Assembly (NCBI GenBank): GCA_038317055.1
Contig: JBBQBA010000001.1
Span: forward strand, 280,153 to 344,152
Direction of reading: 5' to 3'
DNA from: Candidatus Saccharimonadales bacterium
GTDB taxonomy: Bacteria > Patescibacteriota > Saccharimonadia > Saccharimonadales > DATKHC01
Length of the DNA: 64,000 nt
Under the pieces are notes generated by a model, which saw only the letters and a program-made list of their open reading frames with translations, was not told where the DNA came from and did not search any database. Of the stretch, positions 18,544 to 29,495 are shown in pieces. The translations under genes were made by a program, and so were the position numbers. Within the stretch, counting starts at the first letter, position 1. The number at the start of each line of letters is the position of its first letter.

Positions 18544-18558
18544 AAGTCTGATATGTCA
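18544..18558. repeat. right arm of perfect 15-bp inverted repeat (AAGTCTGATATGTCA)
   Basis: Exact reverse complement of 17131..17145. Confidence 0.8.
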
Positions 18559-18703
18559 ATGTACAAGTCTAGATAAGCGAGTAAAAAAGCGCTCAGGGTA
18601 ATCACCTTTGCGCCACTCTAGCTAAAACTCTAGCTGTAAGATATATTTTCCCATTAAATTAATAAAAAAGCAAGCATGAGCAAGTCTGTTGTTTATTGAT
18701 TAA

Positions 18704-21037
18704 TCAAAGTACTGGTGGCAAGAATTTAATGCCAGCATATGAAGGGTTCGATGCAGTAGTGCCCCCTGCGGCTAATGAATTAACAATCCATGTATTCGGG
18801 TTATAGCTGAAAGTTTCTGCGGCATTATTTATTGTTTTTACGTCACCGAATACTCGATTTAGTCTTAGTTGACGAGCAACTACAGCACCATCGATTCTTA
18901 ATCGGTTATTACAATTGGTATATAAAGTTGCAGCTGAATATTCTAGATTATTGTTAGTACAGGTGGTCATCACTCCGGCCAAAGTGTTAGCAGCACTCGG
19001 TTGGGCAACATAAACTCCATCTATTTCAGAATTAATCGGGCTATTGGAGACGTTAATATTTCCTTTTGTAATCAAATAAAACTTAGGTATACCAGCCGTG
19101 CTAGCGTAGTTTTGGTTAAGTAAAATATTCCCTTTAATTACCACATCACCCTCGACAAATAAAACCATGCGACCGCCATACGGAGCTCCACTATTTACTA
19201 TATTTACATAGTTATTACCGACTGTAGGTTTGATCCAGCAATAGCTGGTTCCAATAACGACTCTGCATGCAGGTGGGCTATTAAGATTGAAGGTGTTTCC
19301 CGCAACAGGTGTAGCAACACTAGCTGTTTCAGCCGCTGCCGCTCCATAATAATCTGGCGAACAATCACCTCGTCCTTGTGACCCGAGACTGCCTCCATAA
19401 ATACTTGGTACCCCAACATTCGCAAAAGAAAGTCCCTTAGGTGTTGCGGCCTTATATCCATTGTGTCCATCACTTGAGACGAATCCATTAATAATTGATG
19501 GTGCAAGTGTAGCCAAATTTGTGCCTGAACCGGTGTAGGATGGACCACCCTGATTATATGCTAAGATTCCGGGAGTGTTATTTGGAGTACAGCTATTAGT
19601 AAAACCACCGCTGCCAGTCGAGACATTACCACCTTGTACATCTAGATATGGCGATGTTCCAACAATTACAGTAGTAGTACAGGGACCAGCAGTATTAGAG
19701 ACGTTTCCTCCTGATACTGAATAGCTAATTGTATATACACCAGCAGACGTTGCTTTAAATGAGAAAGATGGTGATGTTACAGTTCCAACCGGACCACTAG
19801 TAGCAGCCGATCCAGGGGTAACTGTTGATCCAACAGGACTAGAAGTTACTGTAATAGTTCCTCCAGTAAATGCAGCGGTTGCAACATCATAATCCATAGT
19901 AAACGGATATGAAGTACCGACCGTTGCGCTAGATGGTAATCCATTAAATACTGAACTACAAGATAGCACTGGCTGAGGCGGCGGTGTCGCATTAAGTTCA
20001 TAGGTTATAATCTGGCCTACTCTATCAGCAACATATGGATCTCTAGTGTTTGATGGTGAAGCACCTAGGGGACAAGATCCATTTCCAGGCGTCCATGTAA
20101 AACACGATCCATATGAAAATCCGGGGAATAAATTATCTCTCGTATTAACTCCATTCAAATCAAGATTAATTAAGGAAGGACCTGTAGCGAATGGTGTGGG
20201 TGCAGCAGAAGTATCACTTGCGATCATAGATTGCCAACCGTTTGCTCCAGTTATATTTCCAAGAGAATTAACGTTATTAGCAGAAATGTAGCCCGCATAA
20301 TCTCCTCCTGCTACGTAGCTTCTGGCAACTTCTCCTCCCCGACATACCGGATCGCCCGGATTAACTTCTACGCACCATAGCGTTTGACCGTTAAGGGTAA
20401 CTAGACCTGCATCATTTATAAGTCCATAAACACTATCGTCTCCTGGATTAGAAAAACAACTAATAATCCCATGGAACGGTCTACCTAATTGACCAAAGCC
20501 GGCGTTACCTGGGTCACCAATAACTGTGTCGTTAACCCCTACTCCACTTCCACAATAATTGTCTCCAGTTCCTACAAAAGCTGGAGGCCCGGGTGGAGCA
20601 GCGTTATATCCCGCGCCTAAACCAGTAGGAGTTCCCAGATAAACATTCTTAATACTGCTACCACCTAGCCCATTAAATAACGCCGTATAATATGCATTAC
20701 CATCGTCAATTTGTGTACCTGTCCACTGAAGATTTGTCAGTGCCCCGGCTGGAGTACAAGAATTACTATCGATTTGTGCACCGTTTTCATAATAATATGT
20801 TCCAAAAATATCAAAATAACGAGCATAGTCATCACCTGCAATTGTATATTGAAGTGAGATATATGGATTTCCATTAGTTAACGTTCCTTGGCTCGAAATA
20901 GATACATAATATCGGCAGTAGTTAGAAGTGTCGGTCCTGGCAGTAGCAGCAGATGCACTATGTTTTCCTAGACCAAAGAAAATCAACATTAATAATGTAG
21001 GCAACAATATGTATAGAATGCTTCTTTTTAAGCTCAT
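18704..21037 (-). CDS. large secreted/surface protein, paralog B
   Basis: The track ORF starts at 21091. I prefer the ATG at 21037, which gives a classical signal peptide (MSLKRSILYILLPTLLMLIFFGLGKHSASAA). The C-terminal ~430 aa are homologous to 13830..16469. Confidence 0.7.
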   Translation of the reverse strand: MSLKRSILYILLPTLLMLIFFGLGKHSASAATARTDTSNYCRYYVSISSQGTLTNGNPYISLQYTIAGDDYARYFDIFGTYYYENGAQIDSNSCTPAGALTNLQWTGTQIDDGNAYYTALFNGLGGSSIKNVYLGTPTGLGAGYNAAPPGPPAFVGTGDNYCGSGVGVNDTVIGDPGNAGFGQLGRPFHGIISCFSNPGDDSVYGLINDAGLVTLNGQTLWCVEVNPGDPVCRGGEVARSYVAGGDYAGYISANNVNSLGNITGANGWQSMIASDTSAAPTPFATGPSLINLDLNGVNTRDNLFPGFSYGSCFTWTPGNGSCPLGASPSNTRDPYVADRVGQIITYELNATPPPQPVLSCSSVFNGLPSSATVGTSYPFTMDYDVATAAFTGGTITVTSSPVGSTVTPGSAATSGPVGTVTSPSFSFKATSAGVYTISYSVSGGNVSNTAGPCTTTVIVGTSPYLDVQGGNVSTGSGGFTNSCTPNNTPGILAYNQGGPSYTGSGTNLATLAPSIINGFVSSDGHNGYKAATPKGLSFANVGVPSIYGGSLGSQGRGDCSPDYYGAAAAETASVATPVAGNTFNLNSPPACRVVIGTSYCWIKPTVGNNYVNIVNSGAPYGGRMVLFVEGDVVIKGNILLNQNYASTAGIPKFYLITKGNINVSNSPINSEIDGVYVAQPSAANTLAGVMTTCTNNNLEYSAATLYTNCNNRLRIDGAVVARQLRLNRVFGDVKTINNAAETFSYNPNTWIVNSLAAGGTTASNPSYAGIKFLPPVL

Positions 21038-21053
21038 GTAAATATTTACTTGT

Positions 21054-21593
21054 TCAGTTTGCTGTAGCATAGTCGCCCTTACTGATTGCAATTAGTTTCG
21101 TTTTAACTATATCTGTATAGCCTTTCGCGGCTGGTGTATTTGAATTATTAGGTGGGTATAACTTTAATGCCTCCGTAGCATATTGTTTCGCTATGGGATT
21201 ACTTACTTGTGCTGCAACTTGTGCTGCACTTATGTTGAGGATTAATAGTCTATTCTTATCTGTTGATGGGGTTTTACTTATTTCGCTTTGTAGATTATTT
21301 AAAGCGTTGGTGACAGTTGGTTGTACATTTGGTGCTGTCTTATATGCTGCACCCATATTCGCCAAAGCTGATTCCTTCTCAGCAGCAGTTACAGTAGGTG
21401 GTTTACTAACAACTACTTTTGGTTTTTTATGCCCGGTAATAAATACACCTATAAGTACTATTAAAATAACAATTATTAATAATCCTACATGCGCTACAGT
21501 TAAATAACTTTTATGATCTTTATCAATGATGTGGTTATTCTTTGACAATATAACTTCAGTATTTGTAAATGAAGCTTGTTTTTTCTCACCCAT
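21054..21593 (-). CDS. small bitopic membrane protein, cassette partner B
   Basis: 179 aa with one TM (VGLLIIVILIVLIGVFI) followed by GHKKPKVVVSKPPTV (compare HHKKTTIVTKAATV in partner A). It lies immediately upstream of paralog B. Confidence 0.55.
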   Translation of the reverse strand: MGEKKQASFTNTEVILSKNNHIIDKDHKSYLTVAHVGLLIIVILIVLIGVFITGHKKPKVVVSKPPTVTAAEKESALANMGAAYKTAPNVQPTVTNALNNLQSEISKTPSTDKNRLLILNISAAQVAAQVSNPIAKQYATEALKLYPPNNSNTPAAKGYTDIVKTKLIAISKGDYATAN

Positions 21594-21758
21594 ATCTGTT
21601 TTAAATTATAACAAAAGCATAAGTTTAAAGGTAATTGTTTTCCTTATTCCTATGTCCTGTTATAGTTTGTATTTTTTAAGAAGTTAAAATCTTACTCTAT
21701 TAGTCGCAGTTATAGATTACAATTTAACTTCCTACAAAAGTTAACTGATATAATATAG

Positions 21759-23620
<1,862 letters not shown>

Positions 23621-23633
23621 TAAGTATCTCTTT

Positions 23634-26039
23634 ATGACATCACTAAATAAATTAATTCACCGAATATATTACACAAGATTTATTCGTTATTTGTTTGTAG
23701 GATTTAGTACATTTGCACTTGATCTAGGTTTACTTTATATTCTACATGGTCGATTTAAACTTGCTCTACCGATAGCAGTTTCTATTGCTTATTTATTTTC
23801 AGTTTTTTATAACTTCACCCTTAGCTTAAGATGGACATTTACCAATAAAGAAAAGAAAAGTCTATATCTTCACCTTACTCAATATTTAATTCTATTGGGC
23901 TTTAATTATCTTTTTACACTTTTCTTTGTAAGTATTGTTGGCCAACATATCAATTATGCTATTGCAAAAACAATTGCAGCTGCATTCCAGGTACTTTGGA
24001 CCTATCCAATATATCGATATATTATTTTTAAACCACCAATTCCTAAAAATTCACTAAAAAAAGATCAGAAACCATATGATATTGAAGAAAAATTAATTTC
24101 CATTGCTATAAATCTATACAAAAGTATTTGGTTTTTTCCAGTCATATGTATTGTAATGCTGTGTATCCTTACAGGATTAAAAATTAGCGGAAGTTCTACT
24201 GGAAATTATTACAAGGTATTAAATGGTGGTAATGCTCATGATAGTCATTTAATTGCAGGTGAACCTCGTTCAATTAGGTCAGATGAATGGGAATGGGAAT
24301 CTAATATGTTGTTAGCCCAATCTGCGACTAATTACCCAAGTACAAACTCAAATATAGGCGACAAACAAGATATGCAAATTATTGTAGATGTTCCATATAA
24401 GAGTTGGTCTGTAGTATTCAAACCACAAAATTTATCATTTTTCATATTACCTTTTTCATATGCGTTTGCCTTTAAGTGGTGGCTCTTATCGTGCTTACTA
24501 GTAATAAGTACATACTTTTTTATACTAATATTGCTGCCGAAAAAGAGACTAATTGCGGCAACATTAGCAACCTGTTTATTACTAAGCCCATTTATTCAAT
24601 GGTGGTATCAAACAATAACAATTGTACCGATCATATTTAGTTTTATGATTGCTATTTCACTCATTAATTTGTGGAAAGCTAAACAAAAACATAAAATTTG
24701 GTGGACTGTGTTGCTAACTTATTCTCTGGCAAGCTTCACGGTAGTTTTATATCCACCTTTCCAAATCCCATGTTTAATAGCAATATCTGTTTTTTTGTTA
24801 GGTTATTTTATAGATAAAAAATATTTAACCAAGAATTTAATTTTAGCTAATTTTAAATATATTATAGTTGCGATTGTTATTTTTGGCGCAATAACTCTTG
24901 GATTTGTAGCAAATAATAAAATAGCAATTCATGCTACGCAGAATAGCATTTATCCCGGGAAAAGAATCTCAACTAGTGGATATTTTGATTCTAGAATATT
25001 TCTTGGTAACTTTCTTGAATCTCAACTCCAGTTAACAAGACATGCAAAATATTATGTCGCTAATCAAAGTGAAGCTTCAAATTTCTTATTATTGGCACCT
25101 TTTCTTACACTCCCAGCAGTATGGTATATATTCCAGACAAAACGATATTCCAAGAAAATAGATTGGGCACTCTTACTTGTTACGATTATGTTCTTATTAT
25201 TTATGGTTCGCTTATTTATTCCTGGAACAGATTCATTATTTAAAGCATTTTTCCTAGATTCGGTACCAAATAATAGGCTCATTATAGGTATTGGTTTAAT
25301 TGGTTTCATTCAAATAATTTTAATTATTAGACATTTATTAAATAATAAAGTTAAAAATATCCGGTTAATAGCAATTCTTGGATCATTAACGGCATTAATA
25401 TGTAATTTGTACATTGGGTTTTCAACACGACATTATTACCCTGGATATGTTCATAATATAGGTTTGATAGTGGTATTGGCTTTATTCCCTGTAGTTATTA
25501 TTTATCTGCTTCTAAATAAAAAATTTGTATTATCAGCATTAGTATTCTTAGTTTTTTCGGCCGGATCAGCTAGTTTAGTAAATCCTATATATAGAACTCC
25601 CGGTCCATTATACAATTCAAATATAGTTAATTCAGTTCATCAAATATATCTGAAAGATAAGTCCGCAAAATGGGCTGTAGTAGATGATTTGATATTTGAA
25701 AACTTACCTGCATCAGCAGGAGCTCCTTCAATTACAGGTACATACGCATATCCACAATTAGGTCTTTGGGGTAAAACTAATCTAACTAAAAGTCAAAATA
25801 TAACATTTAACAGATTTGCTCATACTATTGTACATTTTAGTAATAATGAAGTGTCCCTAATACTTAAACAGCCTGATTTTTTTGAAATATATGGATCACC
25901 TTGCTCAGAATTCTTTAAAAAAGAAAATGTAAAATACTTCATTGCTGAAAAACAATATAGTCAAACTTATAGTTGCTTAACGTTGAAGAAGACGATTTCA
26001 TATCCTAACTTGAAGTTCTATATCTTAGAGAAAAACTAA
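23634..26039 (+). CDS. GtrA-like domain fused to a large polytopic GT-C-like membrane protein (paralog of 34434..36389)
   Basis: The N-terminal ~130 aa are GtrA-like (FIRYLFVGFSTFALD...LRWTF...YRYIIF). A multi-TM body follows, with the first-loop acidic motif PRSIRSDEW. It aligns by eye with ORF 34434: SGSS.G...PR.IRSDEW...DVPYK.WS.VFKP.NL.FF.LP...AFA.KWWL. Confidence 0.6.
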   Translation: MTSLNKLIHRIYYTRFIRYLFVGFSTFALDLGLLYILHGRFKLALPIAVSIAYLFSVFYNFTLSLRWTFTNKEKKSLYLHLTQYLILLGFNYLFTLFFVSIVGQHINYAIAKTIAAAFQVLWTYPIYRYIIFKPPIPKNSLKKDQKPYDIEEKLISIAINLYKSIWFFPVICIVMLCILTGLKISGSSTGNYYKVLNGGNAHDSHLIAGEPRSIRSDEWEWESNMLLAQSATNYPSTNSNIGDKQDMQIIVDVPYKSWSVVFKPQNLSFFILPFSYAFAFKWWLLSCLLVISTYFFILILLPKKRLIAATLATCLLLSPFIQWWYQTITIVPIIFSFMIAISLINLWKAKQKHKIWWTVLLTYSLASFTVVLYPPFQIPCLIAISVFLLGYFIDKKYLTKNLILANFKYIIVAIVIFGAITLGFVANNKIAIHATQNSIYPGKRISTSGYFDSRIFLGNFLESQLQLTRHAKYYVANQSEASNFLLLAPFLTLPAVWYIFQTKRYSKKIDWALLLVTIMFLLFMVRLFIPGTDSLFKAFFLDSVPNNRLIIGIGLIGFIQIILIIRHLLNNKVKNIRLIAILGSLTALICNLYIGFSTRHYYPGYVHNIGLIVVLALFPVVIIYLLLNKKFVLSALVFLVFSAGSASLVNPIYRTPGPLYNSNIVNSVHQIYLKDKSAKWAVVDDLIFENLPASAGAPSITGTYAYPQLGLWGKTNLTKSQNITFNRFAHTIVHFSNNEVSLILKQPDFFEIYGSPCSEFFKKENVKYFIAEKQYSQTYSCLTLKKTISYPNLKFYILEKN

Positions 26040-26108
26040 TAATTTGCTATGATTATAGAAGTTTAATGGACTTATTAATTATTTGTTGACTGGAAGAAAA
26101 AGAGATAT

Positions 26109-26807
26109 ATGAATATGAAAATTGCTTTTGTCATACCAGCATATAATGAGGGTTCAGTTATTGGCATCGTTATTAAAGATTTAAATAAATCGTTGATTTC
26201 AAAAAAGATGAATTTTGAAATCATTGTTGTGAACGATGGTTCTAACGATAACACTTCAACAGTTGCCAGAAATTCTGGGGTTCATGTTATTGACCATATC
26301 CTTAATACTGGAAGTGGAGGTGCTACAGCTACTGGTCTAAGTTATGCTCAACAAAATAATTTTGATATTGCAGTAACTCTAGATGCTGACGGTCAGCATC
26401 ACCCACAAGACGTAATTAAGGGTATTGAGATAATGGCCAAGGATGGTGGAGATTTATTGATAGGTAGTAGATTAATGAATCCTGAAGGAATGTCTAAAAT
26501 AAAAATATTTGGCAATAAAGGTTTAAGCACTATAACAAATATTTTATTCGGAGTTCATGTAACTGACTCACAGTCAGGATTGCGCATATTTTCAAGAAAT
26601 ACTTTAGATGTACTAACTTGGAAAACTAGTGGCTTTGAATACTGTTCTGAGATGCTTTGGCGCGCAAAGCAACTTGGCCTAGAAATTAGAGAGTATCCGA
26701 TTAAAGCAATATACACCGAATATTCACAAGGTAAAGGTCAAAATAATTGGAATTCAATAAACATAATTAAAACTTTATTACAAAGAAGAATAATGGAGCT
26801 TTTTTAG
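26109..26807 (+). CDS. GT2 polyprenyl-phosphate glycosyltransferase (DPM1/GtrB-like, soluble form)
   Basis: KIAFVIPAYNEGSVIG, VVNDGSNDNT, LDADGQHHPQD and TDSQSGLR. At 232 aa it has no C-terminal TM helix. Confidence 0.8.
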   Translation: MNMKIAFVIPAYNEGSVIGIVIKDLNKSLISKKMNFEIIVVNDGSNDNTSTVARNSGVHVIDHILNTGSGGATATGLSYAQQNNFDIAVTLDADGQHHPQDVIKGIEIMAKDGGDLLIGSRLMNPEGMSKIKIFGNKGLSTITNILFGVHVTDSQSGLRIFSRNTLDVLTWKTSGFEYCSEMLWRAKQLGLEIREYPIKAIYTEYSQGKGQNNWNSINIIKTLLQRRIMELF

Positions 26808-27164
26808 GTGAGTAGGTATTTAGTTCTAATAATACTTAACACTCCATTAATTATGGTTGCTATTTTGAGTGCAACTGTTTCATATAAATTAAAAAAAATA
26901 GACCGTCGACGTTATATTTTGCGACTGATACTTTGGTTAGGAATATTTGCCGGACTTGTATTCGCTCAACCTATATACCGCTTATTGTATTCCAATAATC
27001 TAACCCAAACCGAAGCACTTAGTTTATTCGATGTAATACAAATAACTGGTATAATTATTACTCTATTTATAGCTAATCAAGCCTATTTGAAGGCAGATGT
27101 CCTTGAAAGAAGAGTTCAAGATCTACACCAAGAATTATCTATTCGTCTTTCAAAAGATAAATAA
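26808..27164 (+). CDS. small membrane protein (DUF2304-like partner of GT2)
   Basis: 118 aa with a GTG start directly after the GT2 stop. It has three to four TM helices and a C-terminal amphipathic tail (LERRVQDLHQELSIRLSK). As I recall, this is the architecture of DUF2304 proteins that accompany GT2 genes. Confidence 0.5.
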   Translation: MSRYLVLIILNTPLIMVAILSATVSYKLKKIDRRRYILRLILWLGIFAGLVFAQPIYRLLYSNNLTQTEALSLFDVIQITGIIITLFIANQAYLKADVLERRVQDLHQELSIRLSKDK

Positions 27165-27212
27165 GAATAATTGCTTAGTTGTACTTTCGATGTTATAAAT
27201 TATGTACTAGTT

Positions 27213-28421
27213 ATGATGAAAAATGAGAGTTATGTAGAATTTGATGCTCTTGTTGTGGGTGCAGGAGCAGTTGGAATTAGTGCTGCCTATCACTTGGCGC
27301 ATGAAGGAATTAGTGTTGCCGTTTTAGAAAAAGAGTCTGGTCCTGCAATGCACCAGAGTGGTCGTAACTCAGGGGTATTACATGCTGGTTACAACCCCAA
27401 ACCTGGAACACTGAAAGCTGAATATTGTGTGCAAGGTAATAGACAACTTAGAGAATACTGTTATGAAAGAGGTATACCAATTCGTGAGGGGGGAATTTTA
27501 ATTGTAGGAAGTACTGAAGCTGAATTCGCGACAATAGAAGAACTAGCAAAAAGAGGTCATGAAAATGGAACTACTATCGAAATTCTAGAGGAAGATAGAA
27601 TTCGAGAATATGAGCCACATGCTGTTGGTATTATGGGCCTTTTGGCATTAGATGCTGCATCTATTGATTCCCGTGGCTATGTTCAAACTCTTGCAAGTGA
27701 TGCAAGTAATGCTGGCGCTAAACTCCTATATGATACAAAAGTAAAATCTATTAATGAAAGTGAAGAAATAGTTGTAGCCAACACAAACAAAGGTCCAATT
27801 AGGGCAAAAATTATATTGAATGCTGCAGGTCTATATGCTGATGAGTTAGCAGAAGAATTATCATTAGATATGAGAGTAATACCTTTTAGAGGTTATTATG
27901 CAGAATTAAAACCAAATAAAACTAGTTTAGTAAAAAGTCATATTTACGCCACTCCAGACTTAAAGTTCCCTTTTCTTGGAGTACATTTATCTCATCGAGT
28001 TGACGGCAGAGTAATTGTAGGCCCAGGAGCAATGCTAGCATTTGGTAGAGAAGCATATAATTTTAAAAGTTTCCAAGGCGGAAAATTAAGTAAAACATTG
28101 AGTTGGCCTGGTTTTTATAGAATGATGAAGAAACCAGAATTTCAAAATTTGATGAGATCAGAAATTAAAAAATCATTAATGATAGGGGCAATAGGTCAGG
28201 AGGCTATGAAATTAGTACCTGCACTTAATGAAAGTGATTTTGTTCGATCATATGCAGGTAATCGCGCCCAACTCGTAGATATCGATGGAAATTTAGTAGA
28301 TGATATTGTAGTTCGTGAAACACCTAGAACGGTACACGTTTTAAATGCGGTTAGCCCAGGGTTAACATGCTCATTACCTTTTGGTAAAAAATTATCTGAG
28401 CAAGTTTTACAAAAATTATAA
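27213..28421 (+). CDS. FAD-dependent oxidoreductase of the DAO family, L-2-hydroxyglutarate oxidase (LhgO)-like
   Basis: FDALVVGAGAVGISAAYHLA (FAD GxGxxG), HQSGRNSGVLHAG, PFRGYY, FPFLGVHL, GPGAMLAFGREAY, AGNRAQ and HVLNAVSPGLT. This series parallels E. coli LhgO as I recall it. I prefer the ATG at 27213 to the track's TTG at 27171. Confidence 0.7.
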   Translation: MMKNESYVEFDALVVGAGAVGISAAYHLAHEGISVAVLEKESGPAMHQSGRNSGVLHAGYNPKPGTLKAEYCVQGNRQLREYCYERGIPIREGGILIVGSTEAEFATIEELAKRGHENGTTIEILEEDRIREYEPHAVGIMGLLALDAASIDSRGYVQTLASDASNAGAKLLYDTKVKSINESEEIVVANTNKGPIRAKIILNAAGLYADELAEELSLDMRVIPFRGYYAELKPNKTSLVKSHIYATPDLKFPFLGVHLSHRVDGRVIVGPGAMLAFGREAYNFKSFQGGKLSKTLSWPGFYRMMKKPEFQNLMRSEIKKSLMIGAIGQEAMKLVPALNESDFVRSYAGNRAQLVDIDGNLVDDIVVRETPRTVHVLNAVSPGLTCSLPFGKKLSEQVLQKL

Positions 28422-29495
28422 ATAATAACTAAGAACTATTTTAGTAACAATATCACTCACATTTTTAGTGAGATAATCTTGTGGTGGGGTCCAATTATTT
28501 TCACTTTCAGTTACCGTCTTAATACCCCTGAGTATATCTTCAGGTTCACAGCCAGATATGAAATTACTACCTGCTTCCATAGTTTCGGGTCGTTCAGTAA
28601 CATCTCTCAGTGTAACAGTTGGAACATCAAAAATTGAACATTCTTCTTGTGCTGTTCCACTATCACTTAACACGCAGTAGGCATTCTTTTGTAAGTTATT
28701 AAATTCAAAAAGCCCTAATGGGTCAACTAGCTTAATGCCTTTATTTATTTTGAGTGATGGGTTTTCGCTTAGACGTTTTTTAGTACGCGGATGGACACTC
28801 CATATCATAGGCATTTTATAATTATCATGTGTTTCATTAAAAGCTTCAACGAACTTTGCAAGCCTTACTTCAGGATCAACATTTTCTGCTCGATGTAGTG
28901 TCATTAAAAAATATTTGTTTTTCTGTAATCCAAGTTTTTGAATTATATTACTCTTGTCGATTTCTTTTTTGAAATGATCTAGTACTTCTTTAATTGGGTT
29001 TCCAGTAACATAAATTCTATTTCCATCTACCCCTTCTCTTATTAAATTAGCTCTACTTCTTTCGCTATATGGTAATAAAATATCACTTTGACTATCGATA
29101 ATTCGTCGATTATTTTCTTCTGGTACACGATCGTCGTAACAACGATTACCAGCTTCCATATGGAATACACGTACGCCTAACCTTTTTGCCATTATTGCAC
29201 CTAAACTACTATTTGTATCACCCAAGACCAGGAAAGCATCTGGTTTCTCTTTATTGATTATATCTTCTAGTTTTGTAAGTATTATTCCTGCCTGTTCACC
29301 AAAGCTGCCTTTTGCTTCTAAAAAATAGTCTGCTTTTCTGATACCTAGTTGTTTAATGAAAATATCATTTAAATTTGGGTCATAATTCTGACCGGTATGT
29401 ACCAATACCTGATCACATAACTTGTCTAATTTTTTTACAATTAAACAAAGCCGAATCAATTCTGGACGAGTGCCCAAAATAGTCATTACTTTCAT
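28416..29495 (-). CDS. UDP-N-acetylhexosamine 2-epimerase (WecB superfamily, Cap5G/FnlC-like subtype)
   Basis: MKVMTILGTRPELIRL...LVHTGQNYDPNLNDIF...GIRKADYFL...VLGDTNS. The PE[IL]IRL / HTGQNYD pattern resembles the non-hydrolysing FnlC/CapG type. Size is 359 aa. Confidence 0.75.
   Translation of the reverse strand: MKVMTILGTRPELIRLCLIVKKLDKLCDQVLVHTGQNYDPNLNDIFIKQLGIRKADYFLEAKGSFGEQAGIILTKLEDIINKEKPDAFLVLGDTNSSLGAIMAKRLGVRVFHMEAGNRCYDDRVPEENNRRIIDSQSDILLPYSERSRANLIREGVDGNRIYVTGNPIKEVLDHFKKEIDKSNIIQKLGLQKNKYFLMTLHRAENVDPEVRLAKFVEAFNETHDNYKMPMIWSVHPRTKKRLSENPSLKINKGIKLVDPLGLFEFNNLQKNAYCVLSDSGTAQEECSIFDVPTVTLRDVTERPETMEAGSNFISGCEPEDILRGIKTVTESENNWTPPQDYLTKNVSDIVTKIVLSYYL

Noticed and set aside
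13830-21091. Diversity-generating retroelement or polymorphic-toxin interpretation of the two large paralogs
   Set aside because: There is no reverse transcriptase, and I saw no template/variable repeat pair with A-specific differences. The variable part is N-terminal and the conserved part C-terminal, the opposite of polymorphic toxins. No immunity-like small ORF lies downstream.
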